Below are positions 29,187 to 38,666 of a stretch of DNA of 64,000 nucleotides, piece by piece. The DNA is from a virus (taxonomy: Duplodnaviria > Caudoviricetes). The first letter of the stretch is position 1. Each line of letters opens with the position of its first letter. The DNA lies in the IMG/VR virus record IMGVR_UViG_3300013121_000033, positions 128,001 to 192,000 of that record; one strand, 5' to 3'. The position numbers were made by a program, and so were the translations under genes. The notes below the pieces were generated by a model, which saw only the letters and a list, made by a program, of their open reading frames with translations, was not told the origin of the DNA and did not search any database.

Positions 29187-29261
29187 AGGCGCGTAGCTCA
29201 GATCGGCTAGAGCAGCACTCTCACATGGTGAAGGTCGACGGTTCGAATCCGTCCGTGCCTA
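29187..29261 (+). tRNA. tRNA-Val(CAC)
   Basis: cloverleaf, loop CTCACAT. Confidence 0.9.
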
Positions 29262-29831
29262 CTTGACGGCGGGAGATCGTCGTTCGTGCACGGTGTAGAA
29301 CTCGGACAGCGGGACGTTCGTCCACATCGACGCGTCGAACACGGTCGACGTGAACCCGGGGTGGGGGTTGGGGTTCTCGACGGTGGACCGGTCGCAACGC
29401 CACCGGCACCACAGGTACCCGTCGGAGTCGAACACCTCGGCGGGGTAGTGGATCGTGTAGGAGCCGTCGCGTCGACCGCTCGGAACCCACAACTCGTCGG
29501 GCATCCCGACGAGGTCACGGACCGATGGCCGGGGGGGCATGTCGCGGAGGCGCCGGTCGTTCGCCTTCCCCGTCTTGGTTCGACGGTCCGGGACGACGTA
29601 GTAGCTGCCGTCGGCGAGTGGTCCGGCGCGCCGCCACCCCTGCGGGATGGTGCCGTCGTCGGATGCAGGGAACCCTAGGAGGCGGTCGGCGCTGCGGGTG
29701 ATGCCGTCGGCGCCGACCTCGGCAGCCCATCCGAACGCTGCCTCGTTCCAAGCGTCGAGGTCGGCGTGGAGTTTCGCCCACCCGTCGAGTACGGCAGGGT
29801 GGTTCGACTTGTAGGCGCTGTCCTCGTTCAT
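29259..29831 (-). CDS. hypothetical protein
   Basis: ATGA overlap; codon bias. Confidence 0.7.
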   Translation of the reverse strand: MNEDSAYKSNHPAVLDGWAKLHADLDAWNEAAFGWAAEVGADGITRSADRLLGFPASDDGTIPQGWRRAGPLADGSYYVVPDRRTKTGKANDRRLRDMPPRPSVRDLVGMPDELWVPSGRRDGSYTIHYPAEVFDSDGYLWCRWRCDRSTVENPNPHPGFTSTVFDASMWTNVPLSEFYTVHERRSPAVK

Positions 29832-31555
29832 GATCCGCCTCCGGCGCGTCCGGCGAGCGCTCGGGTGAACTGTTCGATGCACGAGGCGAGGTCTGCTGTG
29901 GCGATCTGGTCGGGAGGTGCGCCACACCCTGCGGCCGGGGCGGCTGCGGGGCCTTCGGTCGGAGCGGGGCCAGTCGAGGGAGTGACGTCCTGGTCGGCGC
30001 CGGTGCCGTTCGGGTCGATCTTCACGAGACGAGTCGGGACTTCGGCGTCGGCGGAGATGTCGAGCCGATAGATGACTCGGCCGTTCAGTTCACCGAACGC
30101 CCGCCACAGGGTGCCGGTGATCGGGGAGAACTCGACGAGCTTCCCGCCGTTCGGGACGAACTGCCCGGCGTTCGTCGCGAGATAGTTGCGGGCGTCGACT
30201 TCGAGGTTGTCGATGTTGATGCGGCGCGGGTCGTTGACGTCGAGGACGTAGACGCGGAGCGGGTTGAGGCGCCCGGCGTTCGCTGTGTCGGCGGGGGTGA
30301 CGGCGTAGGCGACGAACACTTCGCTCTTGGACGACCGGAGAGTGAGCGGGGTGACCCATTCCAGGCGGCCGGTCTTGGCGTTCTTGAGCAGGTACTCCGA
30401 GACGTTCCCGGCTTGGACGCTGCTCGACGCAGGGTCGAACCCGAACTTGTTGCGGTTCATGTTCTGACGTCCCGCGGCCCACATCGAGTTGCGACGTTGG
30501 CGGGCGACGAGGCTCATCGGGTAGACGGGACCGGGGTACTCGCCGGGGTCGGCGGACGTGTGGAGCGACGTGGTCGTCTTGCCGTTGTCGCCACGGACGA
30601 TGATGAACCCGCCGTAGGTGTTCACGGTCCGGGACTTGGTGGCGGCCTGGCGGACCGTGGGGATCACGACGACGGGTTCGTCGGTGTCGGTGCAGTAACC
30701 CCACACGTCGCCGAGGGTCCAGATCAGGTCCGGGTACCGTTCGGCCAGGAGGTTCCGCAGGTTGTTCATGCGGCTGCCGCGCAGGGCGCGGTCGAGGGCG
30801 TACTTCCCTTCGAAGAGGCATTGGTGGGGCTTGCCGCTGCCCACCCATTCGGCGATCCCGCCGATCGGCTGTTGGATGCTGCCGCCGTCGAGGACCCCGG
30901 ACCAGCGGGCTGGCTGCTCGTGCCAGTCGTTCAGGTAGGTGAGGGTCGAGTCGACGAGGGACACGCGTTGGATGTCGACAGCGGTGCGGTCGATCGCGAT
31001 GTTGGCGCCGTCGAGTGACCCGATGCGAGGCTCCCACCCGGTGTCAGGGAGTGAGCCTTCGGTGATGCACGACGGGACGTCGTGGACGCCGCGGAGAGCG
31101 CATCGTCCGTTGCTGTGGGTCGCGTCGGCGGCGAGCCGGGAAAGGGGGGCGGGGACCTTGCCGAGGTCGGGAACAACGAAGGTAACGGACCCGGCGTCGT
31201 AGCGGGCTTCGTCCTTGTCGTTGTCCCACTCGCCGGTGACGACGTTGACTGCGCACCACACGAACACCACACCAACCACGGCGGCGGCGGCGAGGCCGAA
31301 CCCGACGGGTTGGATCGCGACGAGCAACACGAACGCGGCGAGGGCACAGATCGCGAGGACCCACCACAGGGTCGTCGTCGTCGTCGTCGCGGAGAGCAGG
31401 TTGCGGTCGAGCCACCGGTCGTAGGAGTAGGTCGAGTCGAGCCCGCCTGCGAACAGATGCAGGACCGCGGCTGGCAGCCCGAAGATCGCTACTGCGGCGA
31501 CGAACGGTGAGATGATCGAACCGATGATCGGGACGGCGTCGATGTCAGAGTCCAT
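29828..31555 (-). CDS. membrane protein with large extracytoplasmic domain
   Basis: about 3 N-terminal TM segments; TAGCGT -10 before ATG 31555. Confidence 0.8.
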   Translation of the reverse strand: MDSDIDAVPIIGSIISPFVAAVAIFGLPAAVLHLFAGGLDSTYSYDRWLDRNLLSATTTTTTLWWVLAICALAAFVLLVAIQPVGFGLAAAAVVGVVFVWCAVNVVTGEWDNDKDEARYDAGSVTFVVPDLGKVPAPLSRLAADATHSNGRCALRGVHDVPSCITEGSLPDTGWEPRIGSLDGANIAIDRTAVDIQRVSLVDSTLTYLNDWHEQPARWSGVLDGGSIQQPIGGIAEWVGSGKPHQCLFEGKYALDRALRGSRMNNLRNLLAERYPDLIWTLGDVWGYCTDTDEPVVVIPTVRQAATKSRTVNTYGGFIIVRGDNGKTTTSLHTSADPGEYPGPVYPMSLVARQRRNSMWAAGRQNMNRNKFGFDPASSSVQAGNVSEYLLKNAKTGRLEWVTPLTLRSSKSEVFVAYAVTPADTANAGRLNPLRVYVLDVNDPRRINIDNLEVDARNYLATNAGQFVPNGGKLVEFSPITGTLWRAFGELNGRVIYRLDISADAEVPTRLVKIDPNGTGADQDVTPSTGPAPTEGPAAAPAAGCGAPPDQIATADLASCIEQFTRALAGRAGGGS

Positions 31556-31608
31556 GGCGTCGCACGCTACGACCGACGTTAGGGTGGCGTCAACAACCAG
31601 TTGCGGCG

Positions 31609-33042
31609 ATGGGGCGGCTAGGGTCCGGCAACTATGCGCAACGACAACGGCTCGGCGATCGGTCGGATGCTGCGGCGAGCGTTCCACGGGATGTGGGGTC
31701 ACCCGAAGCCGGTGACGACATCACGGGACGGCCGCAGGTACACGTCGAGGTGCGACCGGTGCAGGTGAACAAGCGGGTCGTGAAAGCGGGGGAGTCCCTG
31801 GTCGGGGCGCGGGCGTTGATCGCTGTCGGCGAGAAGGTCAACGCGACAGTGAAGTCAGCGGCGCGGAAACTCACCTACCGGGTCGCTGTGTCGGACCGTG
31901 ACCCGCTGTACCGGCTGGTGGAACGGGAGTTGGCGCCGTACGTTCCGAACTGGTCGAGGCGGGTGCTGCGCGCCGGGTTCGAACGGGACGTGAAAGCACC
32001 GCCGGTCCAGTGGCGGTACGACGGGAAGCGGCCGCACTTCATCGAGTTCGGCGGGCATCGGGTGATGGTCGAGTTCGCGGTTCCGGACGGGGTGCTGAAC
32101 GACCAGTCGGGCCTCGGTCAGCCGGTGTTGCGCGTCGAGGGGTTGAGCAGCGCTGAGGCGGCCGGTGAGATGCGGTCGATGTCGTCTCGACAGGAGACGT
32201 GGCTGGTGATGAGTTGCCTCACCCCGTCGACTCGGGATGACATCGTCGGATGGGTCGAGTCGTTGGCCGACGAGGAACGGCAGCGGTCGAACCCGCCGAT
32301 GCTGCGGTTGCCGCGGTGGGGTGGGTGGGGTGACGAGTGGGGGCGGCCGATCCGGGAGCGTGACCCGTCGACGTTGTTCCTGCCGCCCGGCATGTGGGAC
32401 GGGCTCGTAGCGGACATCGACGACTTCTACGCGTCGGCGGACCGGTACCGGTCGCTCGGGTTGCCGTGGCGGCGCGGCTACCTGATGTCGGGGCCGCCTG
32501 GGACCGGCAAGACGTCGACCGTGACGACCCTCGCGTCGCACTACCAGAAGGACGTGTGGATGATCCCGCTGTCCGATATCTCGTCGGACACCACGTTCCT
32601 GAACCTGGTGTCGAGCACGACCGGCGGGTTCCTCGTGTTGGAGGACATCGACATCGCTGGGGCGTCCCACGCCCGCAGCGACGACGACGGGACGGGTGTC
32701 GCGGTCGAACGGTTGACGCTCGCCGGGTTGCTCAACGGGATCGACGGCCTGGCGACCCCGGAAGGGCTCGTCGTGTTCATGATGTCGAACCGGCCTGACG
32801 TGTTGGACGAAGCGCTGATCCGTGAGGGCCGCGTCGACCGACGAATCGAGATCGACTATGCGACCGCCGACCAGATCGTCGCAGCGTTCACACGGGTGTA
32901 CGGACGGCGCCCGCCGGGGAAGCTGCCCGAGACGTTCCGTCCGGTCGGGATGAACTCGGTGATGGAAGTGTTCAAACGGCACCTCGACCCGGGCCAGGGT
33001 GACGACGCGTGGGCGTCGCTACTCGCCCGGCTCGTTCTGTAA
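31609..33042 (+). CDS. BCS1-like AAA+ ATPase (start uncertain)
   Basis: WRRGYLMSGPPGTGKT, LEDID, LLNGIDG, ALIREGRVD. Confidence 0.88.
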   Translation: MGRLGSGNYAQRQRLGDRSDAAASVPRDVGSPEAGDDITGRPQVHVEVRPVQVNKRVVKAGESLVGARALIAVGEKVNATVKSAARKLTYRVAVSDRDPLYRLVERELAPYVPNWSRRVLRAGFERDVKAPPVQWRYDGKRPHFIEFGGHRVMVEFAVPDGVLNDQSGLGQPVLRVEGLSSAEAAGEMRSMSSRQETWLVMSCLTPSTRDDIVGWVESLADEERQRSNPPMLRLPRWGGWGDEWGRPIRERDPSTLFLPPGMWDGLVADIDDFYASADRYRSLGLPWRRGYLMSGPPGTGKTSTVTTLASHYQKDVWMIPLSDISSDTTFLNLVSSTTGGFLVLEDIDIAGASHARSDDDGTGVAVERLTLAGLLNGIDGLATPEGLVVFMMSNRPDVLDEALIREGRVDRRIEIDYATADQIVAAFTRVYGRRPPGKLPETFRPVGMNSVMEVFKRHLDPGQGDDAWASLLARLVL

Positions 33043-33609
33043 CGCGTCGAGGCGGTCCTGCTGCGCTGACGCGACCCACTCGATCAACTCGGTCATCGAC
33101 GACGGCCAGCCGCCGTCGAGGTCGCCGGGGTTGAGTAGTTCGGCGAGCATGCGGCCCTCGACGGTGTCGAGAGGGTGGCCGCTGGTGGCGTCGATGTCGT
33201 CGGGGTCCCACACGACCTCGGCGACCTTGACGCGTTCCCACAGGGTTTGGTCAGTCGGGTGGACCACCCGGACGTCTTCGTTCGCCACGGCTGCGGTGTC
33301 GAAGTGCCAGGTGATCCCGCGGAACGACTGCGCTTCGTTCTCTGCGGGCCACAGCGCGTCGGCTTCGACAGTGCGCCCAGCGGCGGTCACGATCAGGCGG
33401 TCGCCGCCCTCACCGCGGACGATGACGTCGCCGACACGAGGCACCCACGCCGGGGGCGGTGGGGGTGGCGTGGATGGCCGGAACTCGGCGGCGAGCACCC
33501 GGAGGTCCGCAGCGACGTCTCGCTGACCCTTGCCGTCCCACCAGTCGGCGAGGACGTCGAGCCGACGGCTGACTTGGCGGAGAGCGTCGTCGCGGGTTGG
33601 TTCAGCCAC
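33019..33609 (-). CDS. hypothetical protein
   Basis: ORF, codon bias. Confidence 0.65.
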   Translation of the reverse strand: MAEPTRDDALRQVSRRLDVLADWWDGKGQRDVAADLRVLAAEFRPSTPPPPPPAWVPRVGDVIVRGEGGDRLIVTAAGRTVEADALWPAENEAQSFRGITWHFDTAAVANEDVRVVHPTDQTLWERVKVAEVVWDPDDIDATSGHPLDTVEGRMLAELLNPGDLDGGWPSSMTELIEWVASAQQDRLDALQNEPGE

Positions 33610-33612
33610 GAG

Positions 33613-33957
33613 TCAGAACCCCGCGGCGTCGCAAGCGGCGCCCATGTCGATCGCCGCGGCGGCGACGTCGTCGGCAGTGCCGGTCGTCATCGCTGCGACG
33701 AGTTCACGGGCAGACGACCGGATGTCGGCCTCCTCGGCGCCGGACGCGGAGTCCTCGACCTCTTGGAACTTCGCTCGGGCCTCGGCGTCGGTGAGGACCC
33801 CGTCGGCGATGTCGCCGACGATGTTGCGGAAGTGGGTGCACGCGAGATCGGCACCGGCCGACCCGGAGCCGTCGTCACCGTAGCCGTCGGTGCACGCGGC
33901 CGTGGCGGCGAGCGCGACGATGGCGAGAGCAGCAGCGCGGCGCATCGTGGTGGTCAT
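33613..33957 (-). CDS. putative lipoprotein
   Basis: signal peptide with lipobox-like LAATAAC. Confidence 0.7.
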   Translation of the reverse strand: MTTTMRRAAALAIVALAATAACTDGYGDDGSGSAGADLACTHFRNIVGDIADGVLTDAEARAKFQEVEDSASGAEEADIRSSARELVAAMTTGTADDVAAAAIDMGAACDAAGF

Positions 33958-34063
33958 GGTGTTCCTCCTAGGACGTCGCGTCCGCGTGGCTCGGCGAGCG
34001 CTCGGACCTTGGACTGGTTGCCGGTGAGCAGGTAGTGCTCGCCCACCACGATCTCAGATGCTT

Positions 34064-34531
34064 TCACGGGGTCCCCTCCCGGTTGTCGAGGCTGTCGAGG
34101 TGGATGAGGAACTGGCGGCGCATCGCGACTTCCCCACCGGCGGACGGCGACTTCTCGTTCGTGAACGTCTGCCACCCGCACGAGCAGGTGACGGTCGTCC
34201 CGTACGAGGTGGTGTTGCTGCCCCACCGGGTGCCGAGACGGCGTGCCGTGTAGCGGGGAACGTGGCCTTCGATGCCGTCGAGGGCGGTGTGGACCGGGGC
34301 GATGCGGGCGCAGCGACCGCAGTCCCTCGGGGCTCCACGGCCGGGGGCGTCGTCGTCGGACACGGCTTGACCGGGGGCGGCCCCACAGATCGGCACGACG
34401 TGGATCAAGTCGCCGCTTGGGCCGTAGTAGTGCCTGACGCGGGCAAGGTGTCGGACTGTGCTCGGCGACCCGCCCACCGGGCGAACCACCGTCGCGATCA
34501 ACGACCCGACCGGAGTGAGCGCTGCGGTCAT
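34064..34531 (-). CDS. Cys-containing hypothetical protein
   Basis: CGRC, CSCGW. Confidence 0.6.
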   Translation of the reverse strand: MTAALTPVGSLIATVVRPVGGSPSTVRHLARVRHYYGPSGDLIHVVPICGAAPGQAVSDDDAPGRGAPRDCGRCARIAPVHTALDGIEGHVPRYTARRLGTRWGSNTTSYGTTVTCSCGWQTFTNEKSPSAGGEVAMRRQFLIHLDSLDNREGTP

Positions 34532-34872
34532 CGGTCTGTTCCCTTCGCCTTGCGCCATGCGGCGACCAACTCTTTCACTGCGGCGGCACGGGTGTACCCG
34601 AAACCGTCGTCACGCCACGTCCGGCGCTGCTGCGACCGGAGTTCGGGGATGAGATTGGCCTTCCACTCGACCGCGTAACCGATCAAACCCGTCGTGTACC
34701 GAAGCCCCTTCGGCTTCCGGCGGGATGCTTCGGAGTGCTTCTCGACGTGACCGATGAGGACGCCGTTGAGGTACACCTCGTACCGGGCGGGCTTGTGGAT
34801 CGTGTCGCCGACGGCTATGGCATATGTGCTCGGCTCGACTGCCTTGAAGATGACCGTGTCGTCGTTGTCCAT
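34528..34872 (-). CDS. hypothetical protein (MDNDDTVIF...)
   Basis: starts at cassette ATG. Confidence 0.75.
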   Translation of the reverse strand: MDNDDTVIFKAVEPSTYAIAVGDTIHKPARYEVYLNGVLIGHVEKHSEASRRKPKGLRYTTGLIGYAVEWKANLIPELRSQQRRTWRDDGFGYTRAAAVKELVAAWRKAKGTDR

Positions 34873-34909
34873 GACCACATGGTACCGCCGACGTTATGGT
34901 CACGTCAAC
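34870..34909 (-). promoter_or_regulatory. MDND promoter cassette copy 7
   Basis: GTTGACGTGACCATAAC...TACCAT...ATGGACAACGAC. Confidence 0.85.
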
Positions 34910-35026
34910 ACTCCCGGGGTCGTGGTACGGTGCCCCGAGGTTCGTCCGAGTCGGAAGGGAGGTGGTGGTCGTGGATTGGTTCCCGCCTGGCGGCAAGTAA
35001 CTGCCCCAGACGAGAGGAACTTCACG

Positions 35027-35788
35027 ATGCCCACCTACGGTGCCGCGAAGCGGCGCGACATGATCCGTTCCGTGCTGCCGTCGTCCCGCTATCGGACGGC
35101 GAGCGCTGACAAGCGGACGACGAATCGGCGGCTCCGCCGTGCTGTCCGCCTCAACCTGGCGCGCCTCGACGGCGACGATCTCACGGACCGCGCCTACGCG
35201 AACATCGGTGCCGCTGAGGGCTGGTATCGCCGGGACATCTACGAGATCGTGTTCGACCGCCGCCAGGGCGACAAGGCGTCGGCGCTTGAACGGTGGGCGC
35301 CGCACCAGGTGGCCCACATTCGGATCGAGGACCGGTTGTCGCGGATGGCGGCGATGCTGCCCGACTCGACGGTCGGCCGTCACGCTCTCGACCATCTGCG
35401 ATGGCTGCCCGAGTTCGAGGTCGAACCGCGGTACCGGTGGCGGCCCACTCCGGAGGAATGGGCTCGTCGGGATCGTGAAGAGTGGATCGCCGCGTGCCGG
35501 TATGCGGCGATCCGGGCGCGGCTGCTGTGGGTGTGGGACCACGACCTGATCGGCGTGTTCAACGCTCAGGTCGCGCAGGCTCCGGACATCGCTCGTGGCG
35601 GGGTCGACGACCCGGGGTATCCGCCTGTCGAGCGGCGGAACCACCACGCTGCGGTCGGGTTGGTCGACGGCGGCGGGATCGACTCGTGGCTGTGCGCGAA
35701 CCTGGTGTCTCGGACGGCGTGGCGGCCGCGGCCGACGGACCTGCCGCGGCGGCTCGAAGCGTGGCTCGCTGACGTCGCCCCGTTCTAG
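35027..35788 (+). CDS. hypothetical protein (MPTYGAAKRRDMIRSVLPS...)
   Basis: GAGAGG RBS; codon bias. Confidence 0.75.
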   Translation: MPTYGAAKRRDMIRSVLPSSRYRTASADKRTTNRRLRRAVRLNLARLDGDDLTDRAYANIGAAEGWYRRDIYEIVFDRRQGDKASALERWAPHQVAHIRIEDRLSRMAAMLPDSTVGRHALDHLRWLPEFEVEPRYRWRPTPEEWARRDREEWIAACRYAAIRARLLWVWDHDLIGVFNAQVAQAPDIARGGVDDPGYPPVERRNHHAAVGLVDGGGIDSWLCANLVSRTAWRPRPTDLPRRLEAWLADVAPF

Positions 35789-36258
35789 ACGGACCGAAGC
35801 TTCGGCGGCCGCGGTTCGTCTGCCGGTTTGCCGACGACTTCGCATCCGTCGTCACCGCAGAGGAACCCGACGCCTGTCTCCGGGTCGGGCAGGTAGAACC
35901 AGCGGGGTGCGTAACCGGTGAGGGTCGCGAGACGGCGGACGTCGTCGACGGTCGGGATGATCGTTCCCGCTTCCCACCCGTCGACCACCGTGTCGAACGC
36001 GTCGGCGACGCCGAGCGCTTCGTCGACCTCGGGGCCTTCCATGCCGTTGAGGTCGAGAACCATCGTGATCCGTGACGGGCTCGGCCGGTCAGCGAGCCGG
36101 GTGAGTCCACCGCGGTCCACCTGCGGGTCGACGTGAGGGACTTCGGGATGGAGGGGGACCGGTGCTGGGTGTTCCTCGACGAGCCCGCCGCCGGGCCGGT
36201 AGCAGCGGACCCAGAGCCGACCGTGTTCGTCGCGACGCCACCAGTCCGGTTGTCCCAC
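35785..36258 (-). CDS. hypothetical protein with HTH-like region
   Basis: ITMVLDL...EVDEALGV...WEAGT...LATLTG. Confidence 0.65.
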   Translation of the reverse strand: MGQPDWWRRDEHGRLWVRCYRPGGGLVEEHPAPVPLHPEVPHVDPQVDRGGLTRLADRPSPSRITMVLDLNGMEGPEVDEALGVADAFDTVVDGWEAGTIIPTVDDVRRLATLTGYAPRWFYLPDPETGVGFLCGDDGCEVVGKPADEPRPPKLRSV

Positions 36259-36272
36259 GCCACGAAGATAGA

Positions 36273-36348
36273 TGGTGCCCCTGGTAGGACTCGAACCTAC
36301 GCACGCGGCTTCGTAGGCCGCTGCTCTCTCCAACTGAGCTACAGGAGC
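36273..36348 (-). tRNA. tRNA-Arg(ACG)
   Basis: cloverleaf, CCA. Confidence 0.95.
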
Positions 36349-36349
36349 T

Positions 36350-36425
36350 TGGTGGGTCAGGTGGGGCTCGAACCCACGACCGTCCGATTAAAAGTCGGTG
36401 GCTCTACCAACTGAGCTACTGGCCC
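36350..36425 (-). tRNA. tRNA-Lys(TTT)
   Basis: loop CTTTTAA, CCA. Confidence 0.95.
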
Positions 36426-36429
36426 GAGG

Positions 36430-36513
36430 TGGGTGCGGTGGGATTCGAACCCACGAAGGCTTGCGCCGCTGGATTAAGAGTCCAGACCCGTTGACCGCTT
36501 GGGTAACGCACCC
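36430..36513 (-). tRNA. tRNA with Lys(CTT) anticodon and long variable arm
   Basis: loop CTCTTAA, V-arm GGCGCAAGCC, class II-like D arm. Confidence 0.88.
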
Positions 36514-36517
36514 GTGT

Positions 36518-36594
36518 TGGTGCCCCCGGCCCGGTTCGAACGGGCGACCTTCCCCTCCGGAGGGGGACGCTCTATCCGACTGAGCTACGAGAGC
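36518..36594 (-). tRNA. tRNA-Arg(CCG)
   Basis: loop CTCCGGA, CCA. Confidence 0.93.
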
Positions 36595-36613
36595 GAGACT
36601 GCTGTGTTGCCCG

Positions 36614-36687
36614 CTGCGCCCCTGGGCCTCGAACCCAGAACATCCGCCTTAACAGGACGGTCCCCCTGCCAGTAGGGGCCGAGCGCA
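36614..36687 (-). tRNA. tRNA-Asn(GTT), atypical D region
   Basis: loop CTGTTAA, G73; G at position 8. Confidence 0.82.
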
Positions 36688-36725
36688 ATCGCTAACTGTC
36701 ACACCTCCTGGTTACCGTCTCGGCG

Positions 36726-37124
36726 ATGCCCTACAAAGACCGCGAGGCGCAACGCGCCTACCAGCGTGAGTGGATGGCGCGCCGTCGCCGCGAGTGGATC
36801 GAGGCTCACGGCCCGTGTGTCGACTGCGGGTCGTGGACCGACGACCTGGAAGTCGACCACGCCGATCCCGCTTCGAAGGTGATGAATCCCACGTTGGTCT
36901 GGTCGCGACGAGCCGCAGTCCGCGACGCCGAGTTGGCGAAGTGCGTCGTCCGCTGCCACAACTGCCATCTCCGCAAGACATCTCATGAGCGGGCACCTCA
37001 GCACGGAACGGACAACATGTACGGCAAACACGGTTGCCGCTGCGATCCATGCCGAGCGGCTAGGGCGAGGGCTAAGAAGGCGAATCGTGACAGACGGAAG
37101 GCGTTGGGCCTAGCCCGCCAGTAG
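36726..37124 (+). CDS. HNH endonuclease inside tRNA operon (antisense)
   Basis: CVDC...LEVDH...CVVRCHNCH; leaderless TACCGT promoter. Confidence 0.88.
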   Translation: MPYKDREAQRAYQREWMARRRREWIEAHGPCVDCGSWTDDLEVDHADPASKVMNPTLVWSRRAAVRDAELAKCVVRCHNCHLRKTSHERAPQHGTDNMYGKHGCRCDPCRAARARAKKANRDRRKALGLARQ

Positions 37125-37143
37125 ACGGCCTAAACGCCTAATC

Positions 37144-37219
37144 GGTGACCGACCGGGTTCGAACCGGCACGTCGCACGGGGACACAACCCGCGGCTCTAC
37201 CTGTTGAGCTACGGTCACC
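37144..37219 (-). tRNA. tRNA-His(GTG)
   Basis: G-1:C73, loop TTGTGTC. Confidence 0.9.
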
Positions 37220-37252
37220 ACGAGCGGGGCCAGACGACGAGCGAGTACGCGG

Positions 37253-37363
37253 TCAGGCCCCGGCGGGGTTGCGATGTCGCAGCCCGCGCCGTCGCTTTCG
37301 GCGCGCAGCAGCGTCGACAAGTTTGTCGCGGAGCGCAGCAGCGAAGGCGTCGGCGGAGGTCAC
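37253..37363 (-). CDS. leaderless leader peptide MTSADAFAAALRDKLVDAAARRKRRRGLRHRNPAGA of His/Asn/Arg/Lys tRNA operon
   Basis: TACCGT -10 at 37371-37376; codons AAA, AAG, CGC, CGA, CGG, CAT, AAC. Confidence 0.72.
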   Translation of the reverse strand: MTSADAFAAALRDKLVDAAARRKRRRGLRHRNPAGA

Positions 37364-37823
37364 GCCCGACACGGTACCGGGACAGGTGCGGCGTGTCGAC
37401 CGATTTCTCGGGGTGGTGTCGGGCGCCGCGGTTCGCGCACGCCTGCTCCGTCGCCGCCACGGCCGGGGGTGAACACGGCAACGACGGGACCGACCCGTCT
37501 CATAGATGCCACGTCTGCGACTGCGGCGGCGAGCGCAGAAAGACGGACGTCAGCGGCGGCCGGTCGGCGGGTCGCTACGGTCACGGTGACCTCGGACCCG
37601 GCTGTGAGGAACAAACGGAGCTTCGCTGCTTCGTAGCGGGGCAGCCCCTCGATGGAGGGGCGGACCGTCATCTGCTCGATCCGGCAGCCTCGATCTTGTA
37701 GACCTCGCGGAGCGGGATGCGCCACGCCTGCCGTCGCGTCACGGTCCCGTCTGCGTTGACCGACGTGATCGTCGTCTCTTGCGGGAGTGCGGAACTGGTG
37801 TTGCGGGTCATCGCCGCGTGACG

Positions 37824-38042
37824 TTAGCCGCGGCGGGCGAGTTCGGCGTCGATCGCTGCGATCGCCCGGTCAGCGAACTCGGCGACTGTGACACCAGCGG
37901 CGGCGGCCCCGGCAGCGAACTGGTCGCGGCGGAGCGTGACGCGTGGTTTCGGTGGGAGACGTGGGCGGACGGTCGGCTGTGGGCGGGTCGGCTGTGTGCC
38001 TTTCGGGGTGACCCGGCCGCCGCCTTTCTTCGGGCGGGCCAT
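37824..38042 (-). CDS. small basic protein (MARPKKGGGRVTPKGT...)
   Basis: ORF in operon. Confidence 0.65.
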   Translation of the reverse strand: MARPKKGGGRVTPKGTQPTRPQPTVRPRLPPKPRVTLRRDQFAAGAAAAGVTVAEFADRAIAAIDAELARRG

Positions 38043-38043
38043 G

Positions 38044-38247
38044 TCACTCCACCACGGTGAGCGCGTTCGATCCGTAGGTGGCAGTCCGGTCGGTGCCGTC
38101 GATGTCGACGACCACAGACCATCCGTTGCTGTCCTCGCCGACGACACCCGTGACGCCGTCGTTGGCGACGACCCGGGTTCCGGCGGTGAACGTCTCGCGG
38201 GCGATCCGCAGGGCGCGGCGCACCTCGGGCGGGGTCAGTGCCCCCAT
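38044..38247 (-). CDS. hypothetical protein
   Basis: ORF in operon. Confidence 0.55.
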   Translation of the reverse strand: MGALTPPEVRRALRIARETFTAGTRVVANDGVTGVVGEDSNGWSVVVDIDGTDRTATYGSNALTVVE

Positions 38248-38666
38248 GCCGCGTCCTCCGCTGCCATCGCCTGCTCCTCGCGGACCAGGCGGTCCATCTC
38301 GGCGACGTCGAAGTCCTCGACGTACTCGGGGGGTTCGTGCTTGTGGTCGGCGACACAGAACCCGCAGACCGACACGAGCGGGTCGCCGTTGATGTCGTAC
38401 TGCGTGGAGGCGAACAGGTCGGCGGCCTCAGCGACCAGTTGGGAGTGGGCGCCGATGTCGCAGGCGTCGCAGCCGCCGATGACGTTGCCGTCGATCCCGG
38501 TAGCCGCCATGGCCTGTGCGAGCGCCTTCACGGTCGGCAGGTTGGCGTGGTCGACAGCGAGCTTCGCTGCGGCGGCGCACACGGCTTCGAGGACGGAGTC
38601 GCACTGTGCGTCCGAGAGCCGAACGACCGTGTCGGAGTCCGGGGTGGTGTCGTTGTCGTTGTCCAT
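38235..38666 (-). CDS. hypothetical protein (MDNDND...)
   Basis: cassette ATG; CDAC/CGFC pairs. Confidence 0.75.
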   Translation of the reverse strand: MDNDNDTTPDSDTVVRLSDAQCDSVLEAVCAAAAKLAVDHANLPTVKALAQAMAATGIDGNVIGGCDACDIGAHSQLVAEAADLFASTQYDINGDPLVSVCGFCVADHKHEPPEYVEDFDVAEMDRLVREEQAMAAEDAAWGH

